A stretch of DNA of 47,385 nt from a virus (lineage: Duplodnaviria > Caudoviricetes), in the IMG/VR virus record IMGVR_UViG_3300033076_000501, positions 1 through 47,385 of that record, one strand, 5' to 3'. The notes beneath the pieces were generated by a model. It searched no databases and had not been told where the DNA came from. It worked only from the letters and a program-made list of their open reading frames with translations. The position numbers and the translations under genes were made by a program. This document shows positions 44,645 to 47,385 of this stretch, piece after piece (the stretch's first letter is position 1; every line of letters starts with the position of its first letter).

Positions 44645-45136
44645 ATGCTTTTGACGAACTTAGAGCTTAGGGAGCTAATGAATTTACCATTGCCCACTAG
44701 AAGTGAGCAAAAGCGCCTAACGTTCCGTCCAAGTCTACGTTTTACATACCATATCTACGAACTCATTAATTATGAGATTTTTGGGGATTATATGTATAAA
44801 CCCAAAATCGAGCTACAATCGCATTGTAACAAGTACTGGGGAATCTGTTATGGAGCAACTACTAAAGATTATACGGGTAGTTATTGTAGAATCAACTTAT
44901 CCGACAAATGGTTCTGCCCTCAATGGTTCATAACCACACTAGCGCATGAAATGGTGCATCAATATCAATGGGATATCATCGGTCCTGAAAGAGAAAAGAA
45001 TGGAAAAGATTGGCTTATGAGTCATGGTCCTAGTTTCTATCAATTTAGACCAGATATGGAAGAACACGATATATCATTAAAAACGGCGCATTCTCAGCGC
45101 CGTTGGTTTGAACATCAAGATTTGTTTAAGGCTTAA
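44645..45136 (+). CDS. SprT-like zinc metalloprotease
   Basis: TLAHEMVHQYQ...SHGPSF; N...F and WGIC upstream. Confidence 0.8.
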   Translation: MLLTNLELRELMNLPLPTRSEQKRLTFRPSLRFTYHIYELINYEIFGDYMYKPKIELQSHCNKYWGICYGATTKDYTGSYCRINLSDKWFCPQWFITTLAHEMVHQYQWDIIGPEREKNGKDWLMSHGPSFYQFRPDMEEHDISLKTAHSQRRWFEHQDLFKA

Positions 45137-46290
45137 CGTTTAGCACGTGTAGCTGTCTCGCTTCCGATTTCCGCTTTTGCTTTTTCTTTCTCTGCCTTAG
45201 CTGCGGCGCGGGCTAATGCTTTTTGCTGGGCAGCATCAACTGCTGCTTGATTTGGGTTTTCGATAACATTTCCGTGTCTATCTACTAATACCACGTCTTT
45301 AGTGCCCTGAGCACCGATACCACGAGTTAACGTTACACCCAAAGTACGCAATCCTGGTAATGGGTTGTTGCGTTCCTCGTTGTTACGAATCAACCAAACC
45401 ATCATGTGACTTTCAGGGATTTCTTCCTTACTAGTAATAACAGTATGACATTGTACTTTTACTGTATTTTCAACTTGTTCATAGTGTTCTGGTTTGAAAG
45501 TTTGAATTACTACGCCACCTTTTGGATTCAAGTCGCTTCCAAAGATAGCATTCATTGCTTCTTCTTCAGATGGCTCAACTACAATTTCTCTATCTAATTG
45601 GTAGAACAAACGACCGTTGTCATCTTTATGTTGTTGCAATGTAATAACACCGTCATCTTGTAATTGCTGTAAGATTTGCTTTGCTTTTGGACCAAACAAA
45701 CTGTCAGCACTTTCCCACATATCAGCATTGAGTTTTTTGATACTGATTGGTAAAGAACCTTTAGCACTCTTTAACACAACGTCTGCTTTTTTGCGAGCCT
45801 TTGTATCACGACCTGCAACGATAACTTCGGTACAGTTTTTAATGGTCATTTTCTTTCCACGCGGGTCAACGAATGTAACATTAGCAGTGCCGTATTTGTC
45901 AATGATAGATTGAAGCATAGAAGCTAATTCAATCTCATTTGCGACACCTGCTGATTTGTCGCCTTGCTTTCCGCTATCTTTTACTAGAACAACAAGTGGG
46001 CTGTTGTCAAATGTAATTCCACCTTGTGATCCGTATGACGAAGCACGAGTGTGCTTTGGATTGAAATCTTTTAGAACCTTTTGTAGGCCAGCTAAAATGT
46101 CAGCCATAACTTCGGTTCTAAATTGGTTAGTTTGTTTGCCGTCAGGAATTTGAACCAAAACACGTAGTTTGCTTCCATCGGGTTTTACATCCTCATAACC
46201 TAGTTGTGCTAATGCTTGTGTCAGTTGGTCTTTGTTTAAAGTCTGGGCAACTGATTCAGCCAAAACCTTTGCAAATTCGTTGTATCTCAT
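45133..46290 (-). CDS. Putative virion-internal protein with PD-(D/E)xK nuclease-like core
   Basis: N-terminus [12 protein letters not shown]; GVANE...KADVVL...ISIKK...WES. Confidence 0.55.
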   Translation of the reverse strand: MRYNEFAKVLAESVAQTLNKDQLTQALAQLGYEDVKPDGSKLRVLVQIPDGKQTNQFRTEVMADILAGLQKVLKDFNPKHTRASSYGSQGGITFDNSPLVVLVKDSGKQGDKSAGVANEIELASMLQSIIDKYGTANVTFVDPRGKKMTIKNCTEVIVAGRDTKARKKADVVLKSAKGSLPISIKKLNADMWESADSLFGPKAKQILQQLQDDGVITLQQHKDDNGRLFYQLDREIVVEPSEEEAMNAIFGSDLNPKGGVVIQTFKPEHYEQVENTVKVQCHTVITSKEEIPESHMMVWLIRNNEERNNPLPGLRTLGVTLTRGIGAQGTKDVVLVDRHGNVIENPNQAAVDAAQQKALARAAAKAEKEKAKAEIGSETATRAKR

Positions 46291-46370
46291 GTATAATCTC
46301 TCATAGAGTTGAAGAAGTGATTATTATATCACCTATTCAGTATTTATCGCAATTTTTAAAAAGGAATATT

Positions 46371-46964
46371 ATGAGTTTAGTCCCAATCGTTGTAGAGACA
46401 ACTGCCAAAGGTGAGCGTAGCTATGACATTTATTCACGGTTGATGCGTGACCGCGTAATTTTGCTAGAGGGCGAAGTTCATGACCAAATGGCAAATCTGA
46501 TTGTTGCCCAATTACTTTTCTTGGAGTCAGAAGATGCTACGAAAGATATTTATATGTATATTAACTCGCCTGGGGGAAGCGTCACCGCAGGGATGGCTAT
46601 CTACGATTGTATGCAATTCATTGCTCCGGACGTGCAAACGATTGTTATGGGTCAGGCTTGTTCTATGGGCTCTTTACTTGCCCAGGCAGGAGCGAAAGGC
46701 AAGCGTTTTATGCTACCTAATGCCCGACACATGATTCACCAACCCTCAGGTGGCGCACGTGGTATGCAGTCAGATATTGAGATTTCCTACAAAGAAATCA
46801 CCTATTTGAAGAAGCGTTTGACTGAAATCTATGTTGAGCACAATTCAAAGGGTACAACCTACGAACAATTTGAAAAAGACATGGATCGTGACACTTTCAT
46901 GTCAGCACAACAAGCGTTGGATTACGGTTTGATTGACGAAATCGTAACAAAACGCAAAAAGTAA
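46371..46964 (+). CDS. clpP: ATP-dependent Clp protease proteolytic subunit ClpP
   Basis: [25 protein letters not shown] (catalytic Ser), MIHQP (His), RDTFM (Asp). AAGGA RBS before ATG 46371. Confidence 0.97.
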   Translation: MSLVPIVVETTAKGERSYDIYSRLMRDRVILLEGEVHDQMANLIVAQLLFLESEDATKDIYMYINSPGGSVTAGMAIYDCMQFIAPDVQTIVMGQACSMGSLLAQAGAKGKRFMLPNARHMIHQPSGGARGMQSDIEISYKEITYLKKRLTEIYVEHNSKGTTYEQFEKDMDRDTFMSAQQALDYGLIDEIVTKRKK

Positions 46965-46976
46965 TACTTAGTACTT

Positions 46977-47000
46977 AAAAGCCCCTTAACTGGGGCTTTC
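46977..47000 (+). terminator. Stem-loop after clpP (probable terminator)
   Basis: AAAGCCCC-TTAACT-GGGGCTTT; homologous to the hairpin at 27789. Confidence 0.55.
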
Positions 47001-47049
47001 CTGCGGTTATACATCAGGAAGCCGCATAAACAGTGGCTTTGCGAGGGGG

Positions 47050-47103
47050 TTGACAAATAATCATTTTGGGCATATAATACATGTATTGATTGATTAAAGG
47101 AGC
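47050..47103 (+). repeat. Repeated early promoter/RBS cassette, copy 3
   Basis: TTGACA-aataatcattttgggca-TATAAT-acatgtattgattgattaaaggagc. Confidence 0.85.
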
Positions 47104-47107
47104 TTGT

Positions 47108-47350
47108 ATGACAGTTAAGCGTTTCAAACAAACACAGCGTTTCCGTGTGAATGTCGGTGCAGTGTCATTCTATGCTACTGCTAAACAAATCCGCTATGGT
47201 GTAGGTGACTTTACTAAGTGCAACTCCGCAGTTCAAAAATGCTTGGATGCGCTTGAATTTACTCGTTCAGGTTCCGGTGCCGCAGACCAATCTGCTGTGG
47301 GTCTAGCAGGTACATGGGAAGGTCTTCAAGTTCAACTCAACATTGCTTAA
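47108..47350 (+). CDS. Hypothetical early protein
   Basis: ATG 47108 lies directly behind the cassette RBS. Confidence 0.7.
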   Translation: MTVKRFKQTQRFRVNVGAVSFYATAKQIRYGVGDFTKCNSAVQKCLDALEFTRSGSGAADQSAVGLAGTWEGLQVQLNIA

Positions 47351-47385
47351 AGGTAATACTTATGAGTTACATTTCATTTGTCCCA

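Noticed and set aside
46206-46370. 55-aa N-terminal extension of ClpP in the ORF track
   Set aside because: It overlaps the opposite-strand gene. ATG 46371 has an AAGGA RBS and gives the canonical ClpP N-terminus. The extended starts at 9859, 13376, 20448, 23464, 27458, 31143, 40191 and 47090 were trimmed on similar grounds (overlap with a neighbour or a better RBS downstream).
27816-47103. CRISPR array or att-site/transposon-end interpretation of the dispersed repeats
   Set aside because: The copies are kilobases apart, contain -35/-10/RBS elements, and have no cas, integrase or transposase gene nearby.

Overview
This window is a gene-dense, AT-rich segment, coded mostly on the + strand, of a large lytic T4-like (myovirus-type) dsDNA phage. 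The host is probably a Gram-negative proteobacterium, inferred from DnaK/ClpX/ClpP character, lipoproteins and a Tat signal. From left to right it holds: (1) putative capsid-packaged proteins sharing a T4-like N-terminal targeting motif, together with Dps and a GC-rich structured intergenic RNA; (2) family B DNA polymerase and sliding clamp; (3) a 7-deazaguanine DNA-modification cluster (DpdA/TGT-like, DpdL-like, FolE, QueD, QueE; no QueC in the window) interleaved with two glycosyltransferases, a cytidylyltransferase and a sugar epimerase, with a preQ1-I-like pseudoknot in front of queD; (4) UvsE, a ParB-like plus GIY-YIG-like module and RNase H; (5) small early genes behind repeated sigma70 promoter cassettes, plus DNA ligase; (6) a proteostasis block (ClpX, bS21, DnaK, Hsp20, ClpS, SprT-like, ClpP) with ROSE-like leaders. 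I saw no tRNA, rRNA, CRISPR array or transposase. All calls come from motifs read by eye; no database searches were run.
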